From contig CM119266.1 of NCBI GenBank assembly GCA_051294375.1, positions 27,357,017-27,421,016 of the forward strand: 64,000 bases of DNA, in the 5' to 3' direction. The position numbers and the translations under genes were made by a program. This document shows, piece by piece, positions 12,526-26,560 of the stretch (positions within the stretch are counted from its first letter, which is position 1; the number at the start of each line of letters is the position of its first letter). Under the pieces are notes generated by a model. That model did not search any database. It was not told the origin of the DNA and saw nothing but the letters and a program-made list of their open reading frames with translations. Source of the DNA: Paraspadella gotoi. Its lineage: Eukaryota > Animalia > Chaetognatha.

Positions 12526-15500
12526 ATGGAGGACCACGATACGATTGATGGAGAAGTTCGCAAGGCCGACTTCGCCAACGAAGCCGATGAGATGGAGTTG
12601 AACAATAGAAAAAAACTTTACGCCGGTTTGGAGGATCTGGAGAGTCCGACGAGATTCGCCAGCATCCTCGACGAGAGCATGCGCTTGCAGTTTCTCGATC
12701 AGAAGCTTGTCCCGGAGTTACTAGTCAACGGATCGGATTCGGAAGAATCCTCGGTCAATTCTTACGCCAGGTTGTTATCTTGATTTTTTATATTTTATAT
12801 TTTTTAATATGTACATTGTACATTTATTACATTAATTGTGACAGTTATGTCAAAAACGGTGGAGACAATTCCGCTTCCACCGTCGACGTTACCGACGGTC
12901 AGCGATTAGCAAAATCAGAAACCAAAACCAAAGAAACCAAATTAGAATCATCACCATTGAAATCGGATCTTCGCAAGAGGTCAGATCGTCTTAATACTCT
13001 TATCTTGCTCCTTTTTATCAGTCTTTTTAAAAATATTTAGTATACGGATTCTTTAACGCACCTCAGCCTGTCTAGAGTGAAGAGGCAAAATTGTTTATTG
13101 AATTAGTGAATAATGTTAATATTTGTTGTACCAATTTCGTATGTTTTATTAGTAAGCTGTCATTAGCGACATGCACTTTTTATAGTATTTATACACATAC
13201 ATAGTATGCATTAGAGCTCCCAGAAAAATCATACATTTATGAAAGTTCCTGATACCTGCAAAGTTTCTTGTGCCAAATTTAGTAGAGAAAACGAATATCA
13301 CAAAAAATTTTCTGGATGCTCATTATGGATTTTCCACACCAGTTTTTGCGTCGAACCACTTCCGGTTTCCGGGATTTTTGGAAACAAATACGCTATTATT
13401 CAGTCAGCATACTTAAATTAATCAAAATAAAGTTACCAATAACCTTAATATTACATCTTTTGTTTTGGTTTATAAATAAGGTTATAAAAATATTATTACA
13501 AAGGGCGTTAAATTAAAAATTAATTTTTTAAGCCAAATCGTCCCTACTAATTTTAATAAGCAGTTCTATTTGTTTCAACAGATAGTAAAATTTTAAGGGA
13601 TTTTAAATCTTTAATCTTCAAACCAAGATATTGGCATTTAAAAAGTTTACCAAGTAATGCAAAAAGAAAGTAGTGAATTAGATGGAAGGCGACTTGGCCT
13701 TTGCAGCTAGCATGCCTCTCACTCAACCCTAACCCTAAACAAAACCTTAATCTTAATCAGTTTCCCTGGCTTGGGATATCTAACCTAACCCTAACGCATT
13801 CCTTTTTTGGAAAAAACGAAGAAGTCATAGAAATCTTTATCTCTTTCAATGTCCTCCTTCCTTTCTCCGAAAGTCCAGGGTTCAATCCCCCTTATCTCCT
13901 CCCTCTTCCAGTCCCTTCTCGATGGAAGAGATTGCGGAGGAAGTGATCGTCCCTCTTTGGACGAGCGGCGACAAAGGCGCCTTCATCACGAAGATGGACG
14001 ACGACGGCGGTGTCGAGTTCGAGGAACGCCTCCTCTCCGCGGGTGAGGGGACGGTGATGACGGTGTTGACCGGGAGCGGGGGGGGGACATTCAATAATGG
14101 GGTTTTCACTAAAGTTTCATTGGCTGCAGATTTTTCGAGTAGCTTGGATGACGACGCGAAACGCACGACGCTCCCGATCGTCCTTCACGTTGCGCGAGCG
14201 GTCGCCACGCCCACTTCCATAACGGTTGGAGCCTGCGACACGAAAGGTGAGCGGCGCTTAGTTTGTTAGGCCTTCAGTTCACTCGCACTTTTTTGAAACA
14301 AAATAGCATCTTTTGACTTTCTAATCTTCGACTCTGGTCAGAACCTTGATTAACCAAACAAAAGAGCCTTGAAAATCAAACCTTTGATTGCCGGAACTTA
14401 CTAAGACGCGCGATGCACATTCAACAGATACAGGGGTGGGACCATATATCGAGACAAAACTTAACGTCCTGCCCTGTCTGAACGATTTGAGATACAATAA
14501 TAAAATAGGTGCCAAAAGATTTTTCTGTCATTTTACTTTCAGAAGGCTTCATATTATAAAATGTGGTACCCCTTTTTTGTGACCAGAACACGTTCCGAGG
14601 AAACTAATGGACCAAATTTATTGAAATTTAGTATGAAAGATCCCTATGTGAATATAAATAGAACTATCGAGGCGAATTTCAATATTTGGCCCCTGAGCCG
14701 AGATATGGGGCCCCGGAGGGGTCACCCTTAGGGGCATTAAATGGTCAAAATATTTTTTTAAATTTTCTTATTACTTTTGTATTGAACAGTTGTATAGACG
14801 TTTAATTTTCCACAAAAACGTATTAATTACCACAGAAATATTAGTTTACCTTAATTTTTAGCTTCATGAACATCAGCAGTTCAAGTCAGTTTTGGAATAA
14901 TTTAGGAAAATTGGAAGTAAAATGATGAACCATGCATCTTCAAACTATTCTTAATTATTGAAAATTTTTCAATTTTAGTTTTAAAATGTTTTTTTTTTAT
15001 ATGTTTAAAACACCTGATGCCACTAAAAAAATTTTTAGGTTTTTTTGGCCCCCCAGGGGTCAACTCCCAGGGCCCTGTATCTCTTGTTAAAATTCGCCGC
15101 GATAGTTCCATTTATATTGTCATTAAGACTCTAAATGTAAAATTTCATGAAATTCGATCAGGTAGTTTGCTAGGAACAGATTCTGGTCACAAAAAAGGGG
15201 TACCACATTTTATAATATGAAGCCTTCTGTACTTAATAGAAAGAAAGAAATGAATCCGATTTCAGAGACGCCGGCTATTCCGAAGCGAATGGACGATGTT
15301 GACAGAGCTACGACCTCCTCCGTCGATTCGGACCCTTTCTCAGGCAGCGTAGAGTTCCGTCCCTCGACTGCGGAAACTCTTCCCAAAGAACCAAAGAGGC
15401 CTTGGTGAGTCCGTCCCGCCGCTTTGATGGAGTTGACTTATTGCAATTTAAAAGGATCTTTTAGGTAGTAGTAGTTTGATCCTTTTTTTACTTTCAGGTC

Positions 15501-18500
15501 CTCGTCCGTCCCGGAACGCACCCCCGTTTCGGCGCCGGACAGCGGCATATTAACAGCGACCGGCGTCGCACCCAACGGCATCTCCAATCCCTGGCAATTT
15601 CCTCAGTCGCATTCACCGTCGAATCTCAACAGACATCATCGACATCAGACTTCCTCGCAGGTGATTGGTCAATCCGATCAAGTGCGAGTTTTCCTGCGGT
15701 CGCCAACGAATTTTTAAAATTCATTTCGTAGGGACAAAGGACAAAGGCATTGTTTACATTTCTCTTTTTCTATAAACGATTTTATTGTTCGTTTTTAAAC
15801 CCTTTTTTTATCGTCGCAATCGCTTAGCGTTTGCGACGATATTGTAACGTATTTGCGCATTAGTGGCGTCGTCGTTGTCGTCGTCATCGTTGTCGGCATT
15901 CCAAATTATAGATCGCCTTTTTTTTTATGTTTAAATTTGGGTGTATGAAGCTAAAATTTATATACAGCTTCTCATCATCGATCTGCTTAAAATTGAGTCT
16001 GGACAGTTATTAAATATGTTTTGTTTACATTTTATCGAAACAAACAAATTTTCCCTTTTATTTTTATATTTCTTTCTCTCTCTCTTTTCTCTTTTAATTA
16101 CATGTCTCTCTCCCTTTCTCTTTTCCCTAGTCAATGATTCGTAGGGAAGAAAATGAGTCTGCAGCTGGCTCTGCAGGGGCTTATTCGTTTTCTCTTTTCT
16201 CCTGCTGCTTCTGCTGCTGCCTTTTGATTTCTTTCTTTTCGTCTGGCTGCCTCTGCCGCTGCCGTTGCTGATTTGTCCGAAAACGATTTGGCTTTCTTTT
16301 CGTTTCTTTTTCGTTTCTCAAATTTTATTTTTTAGTCGGATCTGCTTTCAGCAGATCCCGACTTTATAATTCACTTTGTCGGTCCGCCCCCTCAATCTTG
16401 TCGGGCATTCACTTATATCATGTCAGAACATCGAATTATGATAAATTATGCAAAAAAAACGATGTCCGTCCGTCCCACCTTAGCAAAAAACACCAATTAC
16501 TCGTGATTGGATGGATTGGAATGAAATTTTGTGTGTGGGTAGGGAAGTGTGTGATTGAGCTGGATATGAAGTTTTGATGGAATCGTCTGAGTGGAAATGA
16601 GTTTAAATGGAAAAAACAAAGAACCTGTTTCACTAATTGATTGTTTCTTTTTATTTTAAATGTAAATGCAAGATGTATTAATTTATCAAATAATTAATTA
16701 GTTAATCAATTAGTCAATTAATTAATCAATTAGTCAATTAATTAATCAGTTAATTAATCAAAAACATTTTGGATCAATTAATTGCATTAATTAAATAATT
16801 AACTTGAATAAATTAATTAATTAAATAATTATTTATTAATTAATTACAGATAATGATCGTGGGCAGATCCGACATTGTTTGCTCAAACTTGTTTTAGTAT
16901 CAAAATTTTTCTTATGCGATTGCGACGATCCTAATGCTTTTAAATTTTTTTTTATCTCGCCAGACGGGCGAATGCCCGACTTGAGTGAAATGTTAATTAG
17001 TTTTTGCTTCTTTTGACCGTAGTCATTGTCATCATTGTTACATTATTTTAATATTAAGAATAGTTTAATTAAAAAGTTCAAAATTTAAATATAGCTTCTA
17101 ATCAGCAAGATCTTTTAGATTCACATGTTTCATATTCCTCCACTCATTTATTTGTTTTATTTATAAAATAATTTATATATATATAGAAACGAGTTCAGCT
17201 GTCCAGTTCTTTCTCTCTTTTAAAAATATCGATCTTTTTTTTTCGTTGCTGCTTCTGATTCGTTTAAAAACGAGTTAAGCTCTGCAGTGGCTGTCCAGCT
17301 TCTCTATTTTTCTCTCTCATTCATACATTTGTTTTTTTTTTCATTTATAATGAATAATTATCGTGTCAATGAATGATTATCATCGTGTCAATGAATGATT
17401 ATCATCGCGTCAATGAATGACTATCATCGCGTCAATGAATGACTATCATCGCGTCAATGAATGATTATCATCGCGTCAATGAATGATTATCATCGCGTCA
17501 ATGAATGATTATCATCGCGTCAATGAATGATTATCATCGCGTCAATGAATGATTATCATTGCATCAATATTTGGTTATCATCGTATCAATAATCAATTAT
17601 TATTACATCAATCAATCAATTATTACATCAATAATTTGTTATCGTATCAATCATTCATATTTTTTTAAAAATTTTTCATTTTTTTACCTTTTCAAACAAT
17701 TCAATCTTTTAAAACCTCCATTATTCTTCTTTTTTTAAGCATTTACCCTTTTTATCTTTCTTCAGTCAAGCGGTACGACGACGTCGTCCGTATTTTCGTC
17801 CGCTTCATCGTCGTCTCTTAACGAGAACGGCCCCAAGGACGTCATGATCAGCTACAGTCATACCGACAGAGATATCATGAAGAGAATTAAAGGTAAGCGG
17901 CCACTAGACGATTAGTATATAGGTTTTTCCTACCGGTTGTCGACTAGCTTTTTTATGTGGATCCTTGACAGCGAAATTAGAAGAGGCAGGCATCTCCGTG
18001 TGGGTGGATTCGACGGGCCTTCGATCGGGAGTTGATTTCCTATCCAAGATCGGCCAGGCCATCATAGATGCCAAGCTCTTCGTCAGCCTCGTCAGCCCGA
18101 AGAGCCTCAAATCCAAGGTGGGTCAGTGAGATTTCTTTTTTCAATTCAATGTATGTGCTTATGTTATGACCGCGTTATCCGGCCCCCTCAAAATTTTTCA
18201 GATCTCTCCAAATTATCCCAAAGAATTCTTATCTTTAAACAGTTTTGCCGGGACGAACTGTCATTAGCCTACATCTCTGACAAGTTTTTGTTCCCGGTGG
18301 CGCTTCGTCCGCTTGACACGCTGGTCCGCGATATGGACACGGGGTTGAAGCTCGTGCTCACTCGTCTCGAATGGACTTTGTTCTATGAAGACGACAAGCT
18401 CGAAGACAGGTCAGAGCTAATTTTTTGGTTAATTTCAATTCTTTACATTTGCTTCAATTCTCTTTCTCTCCTTGGCTTTTTAGAATGAACGACCTCGTCC

Positions 18501-21500
18501 ACAGGATGCGCAAGAGGCTCGAGCAGAAAGCCACGGAACCTTCCGTTGATTCCCTCAGCGTCCCTCGAAGGGAAAGAAGTAAGAAGGATTGCCTTTTTTA
18601 CTTGTTGGAAATCTCTCAAATTTCCTGAAAAGAATTATTGCGGGAATGGTTGCAGAAATATCTTATGTCAAAAAAGGGAAAAAATAAAAAATAAAAAGAG
18701 ATCAGGGGACCAAGTCAAGCAACTCCGTCCACATGCGCCGGCAACTCAATCACGGGACTTCGGGAAGCAAGCAGGTCCACGTTCTCGCGCTGAAGGCAGA
18801 CAAAGTCTCTCAAAAAAGTGCTTTGACTGCATTCGTTGCTTGGAGTTTGACGAAGTCTTTTAGGTTTGAGAAAGCATCCAGGTCCCATGCCCCGAAGGGA
18901 TGAAGCCAACATCGGCTGGCAGTTTGGCCTGACAAGCTCGTTCCAGGGTAGATTCAATTTTGACCGGGAGAAATGCTCGTAGCCCTCAACGGAGCACGTC
19001 TATCGATTCGTCTTTTCATGGGCTATCTATTGGTGTAGTTTTTAAGTGTTTAAAAATATGTTCTAAGGTGTTACAAAAGCGTTAAAGTTAAGTGACTGGC
19101 GCCAAAACATAATACCATGACTAAGTTAGTAATTATTTTTATTTTCATAAAAATACAGTTGGAAACAGATTTAGAACTAGAAATGACATGCTAAAGCTAT
19201 TTATAATATTACTTTTTAATAATTTATTTTTAAATATTAATAATAATAACCGGAAGTTTTTGTCTAGAATTTGTTTAAACCAAATGATTCTCTGCTTTTC
19301 TGAATTGCTTTTACTTACGAACCTGTTCACACATTAATAATTAAATATAATAATTCTGCACTAATTATTTTAATCAAATTTTTTAAAAAATTATAATTAC
19401 AACAGGTTTCTATCATTTAACACAAATAATTTTATTATAAATCTAATAATTGACGCTCGTGGCACTTTGACGCTTCTGTAACACCCTAGGATAATTTTTT
19501 TTTCTTTTGAAACTAATACTAATAGATAGCCCATGCAAAGACGAATCGATAGACGTGCTCCATTGAGGGCTACAAGCATTTCTCCCGGTAAAAATTGAAT
19601 CTATTCCAGGGCATATGTGGGGTTGAGGATGGTATGACCAAAACAGTCCTGGCGAAGGGGGGAAGTGACAGTAACATCAAAAGCTGTGGTGGTCTTGTTC
19701 CGACATCTTTTCCGACCACGGATGGTGAAATCCCCAGGTCTAGAGGCATCATCTGCCAGGTTCCTTTCTTCTTTGGTGGGCGCAAGTAGGACTGCTGAAG
19801 CAGTCGAGACAATGGCATCCCGAAGGAGGTTATGACGGGAAATTTTGTCTCCAGTAGAGCAAGCTGAAATGCGTGGTCTCCATAGATGTCAGAAGGTCTG
19901 TCACAGGATAGGCAGGGACCAGGGGATGGAAAGATGGGGAGCCCCAAACGGTATTTGACAGCCAAGGGCAGGAGAAGGGATGTCACTGAGGAAGTCTCCA
20001 GTTCTGGGCAGACAGATGGATTGGAGGAGGGCTCGAAAGTGCTCATCCAGGACCTTTGACTTGAGGTTTTTCAACCTAGCTTCGTCCACACGTCGGGAAA
20101 AGGTATTTTTGAGTGATTGAGGCATCAAGCTGAGCAGGTGGAGTAGAGGAGGCTCCAGCAGAAAGGATGGATAGGAGCTCTAAGGACTTAGTGTGGTCTC
20201 GCTGACAGGTGAGGGGCAAAACCAGTCGACTTATGAGTGACTTTGTCTGCAGGATGGAGGAGACAAAGGCCGGAGCGCTGTGGGCATGGGCGCTGTGTAT
20301 TCCCAAACCGCCAAGGGAGACTGGTAAGGAAGAAGGGTCCCATTGAGGATCTGAGAGTGAGAACGAGCATCCAATGATGGAAGCGAGAGAGGAGCATTGG
20401 GATTCATCGAAAAGAATGGCGAGGTTGGAGCTAAAGTGAGGAGCTACAGTCCTTAGGGTGTAAGAAAACTTTGGTGTTCCAAAGCAGCTGCGAAGCAGGG
20501 CAAAAGCAACTTGGGGGTCACCCAAGGCTTCAAGGTTGGACAAAAGGTCAGAGAGTTTTAGGACCCGCTCTTTGAGGATAAGCTGACAGAGAGAGGCTGA
20601 ACCAACGGGCGCGCCAAGAATGATGACCCCTTCATCCATGATCTCAGTAAGGGGCAGTTCCGAAGGAGGAAGAGAAGCACGGATGTTGGGGGGCCTCCAA
20701 AAGGTTGACTTGATAAGGTTGACGCGGAGACTAAGCTTGGGGGCATCTTGCTGCAGCAACTTGAAAGTTCGGGCTACATCGGTGGGCCCATCCAGGAAAA
20801 GGCTATCGTCCAAATACCAGTTGTTTAGGAGGAGAGCTGGAATCTCAAGCCTGATCTTTTCGACCAAAGAATGAAGAGCTATGGAGAGAAGGGGATCACC
20901 TTGGTGAACTCCAGCCAGACTGAGGATAATGTCGTCCAAAGGAAGAAGAGGGGCACTCCCATAACACCAATTGACAAGGGGCTTAGGCTGGGAAGCCGTT
21001 TGCTGACTTCAAGGAGCATGGTGGAACGGTCGATTCAATTGAAGGCATTGGAGAAATCCACCTGTAGCAGCCATTTAGAATTGGAGAGTATGGAACTGTC
21101 TTCTAGTATGGCTTGGACTTCGTGAATCAGGGCTTCGGCCCCTCCTTTGGTCCTCACTCCAAGCTGATGAAGCTCCAGGAAAGTTGCAGCCTGAGTCCCA
21201 ACTGAAAAGGCCAAACACTTGGCAACAAGACGTCTCAGAACCTCACTTACAGCGATAGGACGGATGGATCCAGGAGATTTCTTGTTAATGGCGTGCAAAG
21301 TGGCCCCGCGGAAGAAAGGTGAAACATCGGGGGGGAGTTTGCCGGAAGCAAAGACATTTAGGAGTCGGGTTAAGCTTGAGGTTGTCTTGACTGCCTGAGA
21401 GGACTTTCCACAGAAGACTGCTTCCTTAATATGTGAAGCACGAAGGCCTGATGGTCCGGGAGCGGTGCCTTCAGGGAAAGAACGGAGGGCTGCAATCATT

Positions 21501-23718
21501 TGATCTTCACTTATGACGAAGGGGGGGTCATCTTCCATGGGAATGTTGGGAAGGGGAACTTCAGGATGAAGCTTCCGTAATTGGTCGAGCGCTTGTTTGG
21601 AAGGAGGTGCTGTGCTTTGAGGCTTTAGCATATTGACCATCTTGAGCAGCCCGAATGATGTGCTGATTCCTGGAAGGGGTTGAGGAGACATTCCTTCGGC
21701 GGGTATTACCCTTAAGAAGATTTGAGCGGTCATTGCTCTCCCATTTGAGAAAGCTGTCTTTTACGAGGTTGACAGTTTGATTTCCATGTTGTCAAGGGTA
21801 AATGGGACTGGAGGTCTGGCTGAGGCCAGGCTCAAAGAAGATGTAGAAGGTTGAGGGGAAAAGGAAGCAGAAGGGAAAGTGGAAGGAAAGAGAGGAGGGG
21901 CGGGTGTGGGTGCAGGAGGTGACAGGCCAAAAGGAGATACCCCGCGAGAATAGGGCATGGCAGTGACTGGAAGCTATCTTTGTCTTGGAAACTTAAAAAT
22001 GAGGATGATTGGGACTTGAGACTTGGAAGATAGAAACTTGAAGCTTTACTTTACTTGGATATGTTTTTAAACAAGCTCTAGAAAATACAGAAGCTTGGTT
22101 GAAATTCTAATTAATTTTTTCTTTATTTCTTTTTTCCCAATCATTCTTTTTTCCTATAATTTGCCTCACTGCTCTTCTTTTTCCTTAACTTTTCTCGCTT
22201 CCTTTTTTTCCCCCCATACTTTCCATCTTTTTCCTCCAATCTTTCTTTCTTTCTTCCCTTTCTTCCTTCCACTCCTCACTTCCCGTCCAGCATCCGTCCC
22301 AGCCGTCTCCCATTTGACTCCCCCTTCGCTTTCCCCCGGCGCCGATCGCCGCCGCGAGTCTTTCCTCTCGATGTCGCGGTCTCGTCGCTCGCGCAAGAAG
22401 AGTCCGCGCCAGTGTCTCAATCGACAGCACTCCATGTACCGCCCTGCGTTGACGCCGCAGCATGACTCGTCCGATTCATCGTCCCGGTCAGCGAAGTAGA
22501 GGCTTTTCTTTTTTCGCTTATCTAAATTTTATCTACGTCAAGAGATTTCATTCTTCTCTCTTTCTTCAGCGAAAGCCTCGGCGTTTGCTCCATTTCATTG
22601 ACGCCTTCCTTGGAAGAGAACACTTCCATACTGTTCTTTTGGGAGCGAAATTTCGACGCGGCCGAATCGGTTCCGTGGAGTCGGTTCGAGGGAGAGTTTC
22701 GGCGCCAGTATGGGGACGAATTGAACAACGCCTACACCGACGACGAGCAGAGGTTAGCTCGTTAATTTACTGCTCTTGAAAATTGCTTACGCGCTTACGT
22801 TTAGGTGGATGCTGGAAATCCTCTACAAAGAGCTCGTCGACGACGAAGATGACGGAACCGACGACGAGAACGACGAAGGTTCCCGCCGAAGCCGTCGCCA
22901 CACCGTCGACGCCCCCACTCGAACCCCTCTTCGCGACAAGCTCGTCCTTAAGTCAAAATACGAGGACTACTGCCGCGTCGATGGCGAAATGTACCCCTTT
23001 TGGGTCCGCCTTCAAAATCAGGCCGTGGAGAAATTGGCGATGAAGGCGGTGTTCAGCATGGAATCGGAGCCCGCCTACCGGCTCAAGGCTATAGAGAACC
23101 TGTCCACATTCAAGTCGACTGCCGTCGTCGACGCCCTCATTGAGCTGCTCTGGGATAAGGACCCAAACGTTCGGGCTATCGCCGCCATCTCGGTCGCCAA
23201 ATGCGGGGTCGACATCGCAGCTCGGAGGTGGGTTGACTCATCGCCCGAAAAATTTCGTCTTTAAGCGCGGTTTTTAGCCATCTTTTCTTTGCTTTTAACC
23301 AACTCTATTTAATAGACTATGTAGTATGTAATAGTTGTACCAATTTCATCAATTCGCAGGAGCGAGGGCGACGCTCCGACTCAAAGCTTCGAAGAAGTCG
23401 ACGATTGGCTGATCGAAATGTTGAAAGACAAGGATCGACTGGTCAGAGAGAGTGCCTGCATTGCACTCGGCCACCGTCGTTGTCAGAAGGTAAACCAGTC
23501 CGCCGGAGCCCGAAAAAAAGTTTTCTTTGAACCCAACGATCACTCCCCTTCAGGTGGTTCCGACCCTCTGTCATCTCTGGCGCAACGACACTATTTCCAG
23601 CGTGCGGGAAGCTGCGCAACTGGCTTTAGAGAAGATCGGCGGCGCCGAAGCAAGTCGCGCCATTCACATGACCAAAATCCTTCAGGAGGAAATGAAGACT
23701 CTGATGGATGGATACTGA
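12526..23718 (+). CDS. Multi-exon protein (about 14 exons) with low-complexity N-terminus, TIR domain, Cbl-type EF-hand-like segment and C-terminal HEAT repeats
   Basis: Phase-compatible exons. TIR: DVMISYSHTD...GISVWVDSTGLRSGVDFLSKIGQAIIDAKLFVSLVS..SKFCRDELSLAY (17840-18409). FWERNFDAAESVPWSRFE at about 22630. HEAT: ALIELLWDKDPNVRAIAAISV, LIEMLKDKDRLVRESACIALG, SVREAAQLALEKIG. Confidence 0.82.
14540..15229. mobile_element. MITE with long TIRs (Tc1/mariner-type), copy 1
   Basis: TIR cagaaggcttcatattataaaatgtggtaccccttttttgtgaccagaa at both ends, inverted; internal inverted blocks; second copy at 25544. Confidence 0.85.
15803..16952 (+). mobile_element. HINE-like family B, copy 2 (hosts a family A element)
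   Basis: Same termini and internal sequence as 6029-7329. Confidence 0.7.
16332..16895 (+). mobile_element. HINE/DINE-1-like element, family A, copy 1
   Basis: 5' palindrome gtcggatctgct..agcagatcccgac, GTCC microsatellite, 3' subTIR gcagatccgac plus stem-loop gtttg-ct-caaac; inserted in a T run without TSD. Confidence 0.75.
17355..17570. repeat. 22-bp minisatellite (tcaatgaatgattatcatcgcg)n, about 9 units
   Basis: Directly visible tandem units. Confidence 0.9.
18700..22060 (-). mobile_element. Decayed CRE-clade non-LTR retrotransposon (RT + restriction-like endonuclease) in an intron of the TIR gene
   Basis: Motifs across frameshifts: APGPSGLR, IRPIAVSEVLRRLVAKCL, QLGVRTKGGAEA, VDFSNAFN, GVHQGDPL, WYLDD, GGLGI, DIYGDHA, RPGD..AFDVTVTSP and C-terminal LQREN. 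Confidence 0.85.
18949..19603. mobile_element. hAT-type MITE inserted in the CRE element
   Basis: TIRs tagattcaattt...aaattgaatcta with about 140 bp of imperfect inverted similarity; perfect 8-bp TSD ttccaggg (18941-18948, 19604-19611). Confidence 0.88.
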
Positions 23719-24549
23719 CCTGGCGGAGCTCTTTTACTTTTCATTTTCATCCGAGTTCACCGGTTCGGACTTTTCGTAACTTAAATCTACAAAAAGACTA
23801 TACTGCTAAATTAGCTTCTTTGTCCTTTAGTTTCGCTTCGAATCGCTTACATTTTTGTTTTTATTGTACATTGAAAATATTGTGTATTTTCTTCACTTAC
23901 GTATTCTGTGATACTATTATCATGTCTGTACTGTGTTTTTGTAATTTGCTAAGCGCCTACTGTTGACGTTGCTTTATAAGTAGTGCTAGTTATATTATTG
24001 TTTTATTTATAAATTTCTTATACATGCTCATCAAACGAACCGCAGAATGTCTTGAAAAAAAAATATATATATATATTTTAACGAATTTCCGCCTGTCATC
24101 CCCTTCTCTACTCTCCCCCCATCCTAACAGTAATAATGGCTCAAAACTTAATTTATACCGTCTCGAAAGAAAAAAGGATATTCTCAACTTGTTGAAAGCG
24201 AGAATAATCTGTCTTGTCAACGCTTAGACGATAAAAGGAATTGATATTTGGCTATAAATAACAGATTAGCGCTTCGTTAACGGGCACTTGGGATTCCCAT
24301 CCTGTATCCTTTCGAATGTTCGCGAATTGAACGTGTTATATTTACATCAGTAATAGCCCGAAATGATTAAGTCTTGCTATACACGCTCTGATTCCCGTTT
24401 GTCGAATTCGTTCTGACCTGTCATTTATTAAAATCGAATCCACTTTTCTCGCTATTGTTAACGTTCTGCTTTTTCCAGTTTTTGTTTTTGAAACGCGTTG
24501 ATTCAGAAGTGGAAGCTAAAAACAGCTTTCAAGTTCTGAATCCAACATT

Positions 24550-24555
<6 letters not shown>

Positions 24556-24642
<87 letters not shown>
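24556..24642. repeat. (CT)n microsatellite
   Basis: Pure dinucleotide tract; similar tracts at about 45030-45153, 46877-47120, 52770-52895, 55657-55708 and 56680-56740. Confidence 0.95.
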
Positions 24643-24645
<3 letters not shown>

Positions 24646-25543
24646 AGCCGTCCACGTTGCTTCGCGCCAGAACGTGTTACGTTGCCACGCGACTCGACGC
24701 TCCTCACTTTTTGTCACGCTGAGAAGTTTTGAACAATACCATTGCTCAACTAAATTCGAGGTAACTCATGCTTTCTGGTAGATATATTAAACTGATGACT
24801 TTTATATTAATCTTTCCTTTATTATTACACAATAAGCTTCAAAGCTTTGTATTCGTATTCGTATTTTTATTCGTATTTATTTCTTCCAATCCATGACTAA
24901 CCGGTAACCAGTATCTATTATTTTCCTAAAAGAAACTCTTTTTCAATGGGCTTTGTTGGAAATTTTAACAAGTGTAACTTGAATTCTACTTTATGTGATC
25001 GCTCTTATGTTATTTATGGTGTTCCTAAGACACCGTACATACTAATTATAAAATATACTTTCAGACGTAGCCTTTTCATAGCCAAGAGCGATGTTTCTCT
25101 GTCGAGACTAATTTTTTTCTCTTCGGCATTTTTTTCTCTCTCAAAATCAGTTGACAGTTCATCTGTTTCTTAATTTTTAACAATTTTTTAAATTTTTGTT
25201 TTTACCGACCAAGAATAAGAAATGAACTTAGCCGGTATGTGAATTGACTGTTTTTTCCTTGCACTCGGGAACATTTCATGGTTTTCTTCAACATTTTTTT
25301 CCGCAATTTTCTTTCCATTCTTAAGTGCCAAGTGTTTGTATACGCTTTGATGTTTACTTTGCGCTGTCCACGGCCGCGTAATTTTCGCCTTTTCTCCTCC
25401 CACCAAACTAGTTTTGTTTACATTGCTTTTTCCCCCTTTTTGGGTTTTTGTTTTCTCTTTTTTCCATTTTTTTTGTCAGATAAACCGCTCTGCGGGTTCG
25501 ACAATGACGGACCAGTAAACAAAACATTTTTTTGTAATTACTA

Positions 25544-26233
25544 CAGAAGGCTTCATATTATAAAATGTGGTACCCCTTTTTTGTGACCAGAACACGTTCC
25601 GAGAAAACTACTGAAGAGAATTTAATGAAATTTTGCATGCAGAGTACCAGTAGTAATACAAATGGAACTATCGAGGCGAATTTTTATATTCCACCCCGAA
25701 GCTGAGATAAGGGGCCCTGAGGGGGCAGCCCCCGAGGGCAAAAAATTGTCAAAATTTTTTTTCAAATTTTTTTATTATTTTTGTTTTGAACAGTTGCACA
25801 GACATTTACTCTTCAACAAAAACGTATTTATTACCTCAAAATATTCATTGACCTTAATTTTTTTCATAAACATCAGCAGTTAAAGTCAGATTTGGAATAA
25901 TTTGGGAAAATTGGAAGTAAAACAATGAACTATGCATCTTCAACCATGCTTAATTATTGCAAATTTATAAATTTTTGTTCTAAAATGTTTTTTTCTTATG
26001 TTTAAAAAGTCAATGCACCTGATGTTACTAAAATTTTTTAGCATTTTTTGGCCCCCCAGGGGTCCACCCCCAGGGCCCTGTATCTCTTGTCAGGGGTTGA
26101 ATATCAAAATTCGCCTCGATAGTTCCATTTATATAGTCATTAGCACTCTAAATATAAAATTTCATTAAATTTGATTGGGTAGTTTGGTGGGAACAGATTC
26201 TGGTCACAAAAAAGGGGTACCACAAGCCTTCTG
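25544..26233. mobile_element. Tc1/mariner-type MITE, copy 2
   Basis: Same TIR as 14540 (the right TIR has a short deletion); TA on both flanks. Confidence 0.85.
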
Positions 26234-26279
26234 TAATTCTTTTTGCGAAAAATATTTTGATGCTAGTGCGGAGTACAAT

Positions 26280-26560
26280 AAGTATTCCCCGATCTAATAC
26301 TTAAGGGAGTGGTCTTTTCATACAATTGAAACATTCTTTGAAATATTTTCCACTTCATTGATAGGGAAGCCAGGTACTCTGGGAGTGAATGAACGGGACT
26401 GTGAGAGAGTCTTGATTGAAAGCTTGCAGGGACCTGCTATGTAATTATCTTGTAAGAGTGATGGAGGCCTTAAACCACCAAAGCCTGTCCAAAGTCAGGG
26501 GCAAGATAGCTTATTTATTAAATGAATGGATAATTTTTATATTGGTTGTACCAATTTCAT
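26280..26560. repeat. Unclassified interspersed repeat; inverted copies at about 28885-29085 and 47765-48010, fragment at about 40630-40710
   Basis: Shared block aaagcctgtccaaagtcaggggcaag...aatggataattttt...ggttgtaccaatttcat. Confidence 0.75.

Noticed and set aside
17355-17570. Regular repeats resembling a CRISPR array (also 60395-60800)
   Set aside because: Head-to-tail minisatellites without unique spacers, in a eukaryotic context with no cas genes.
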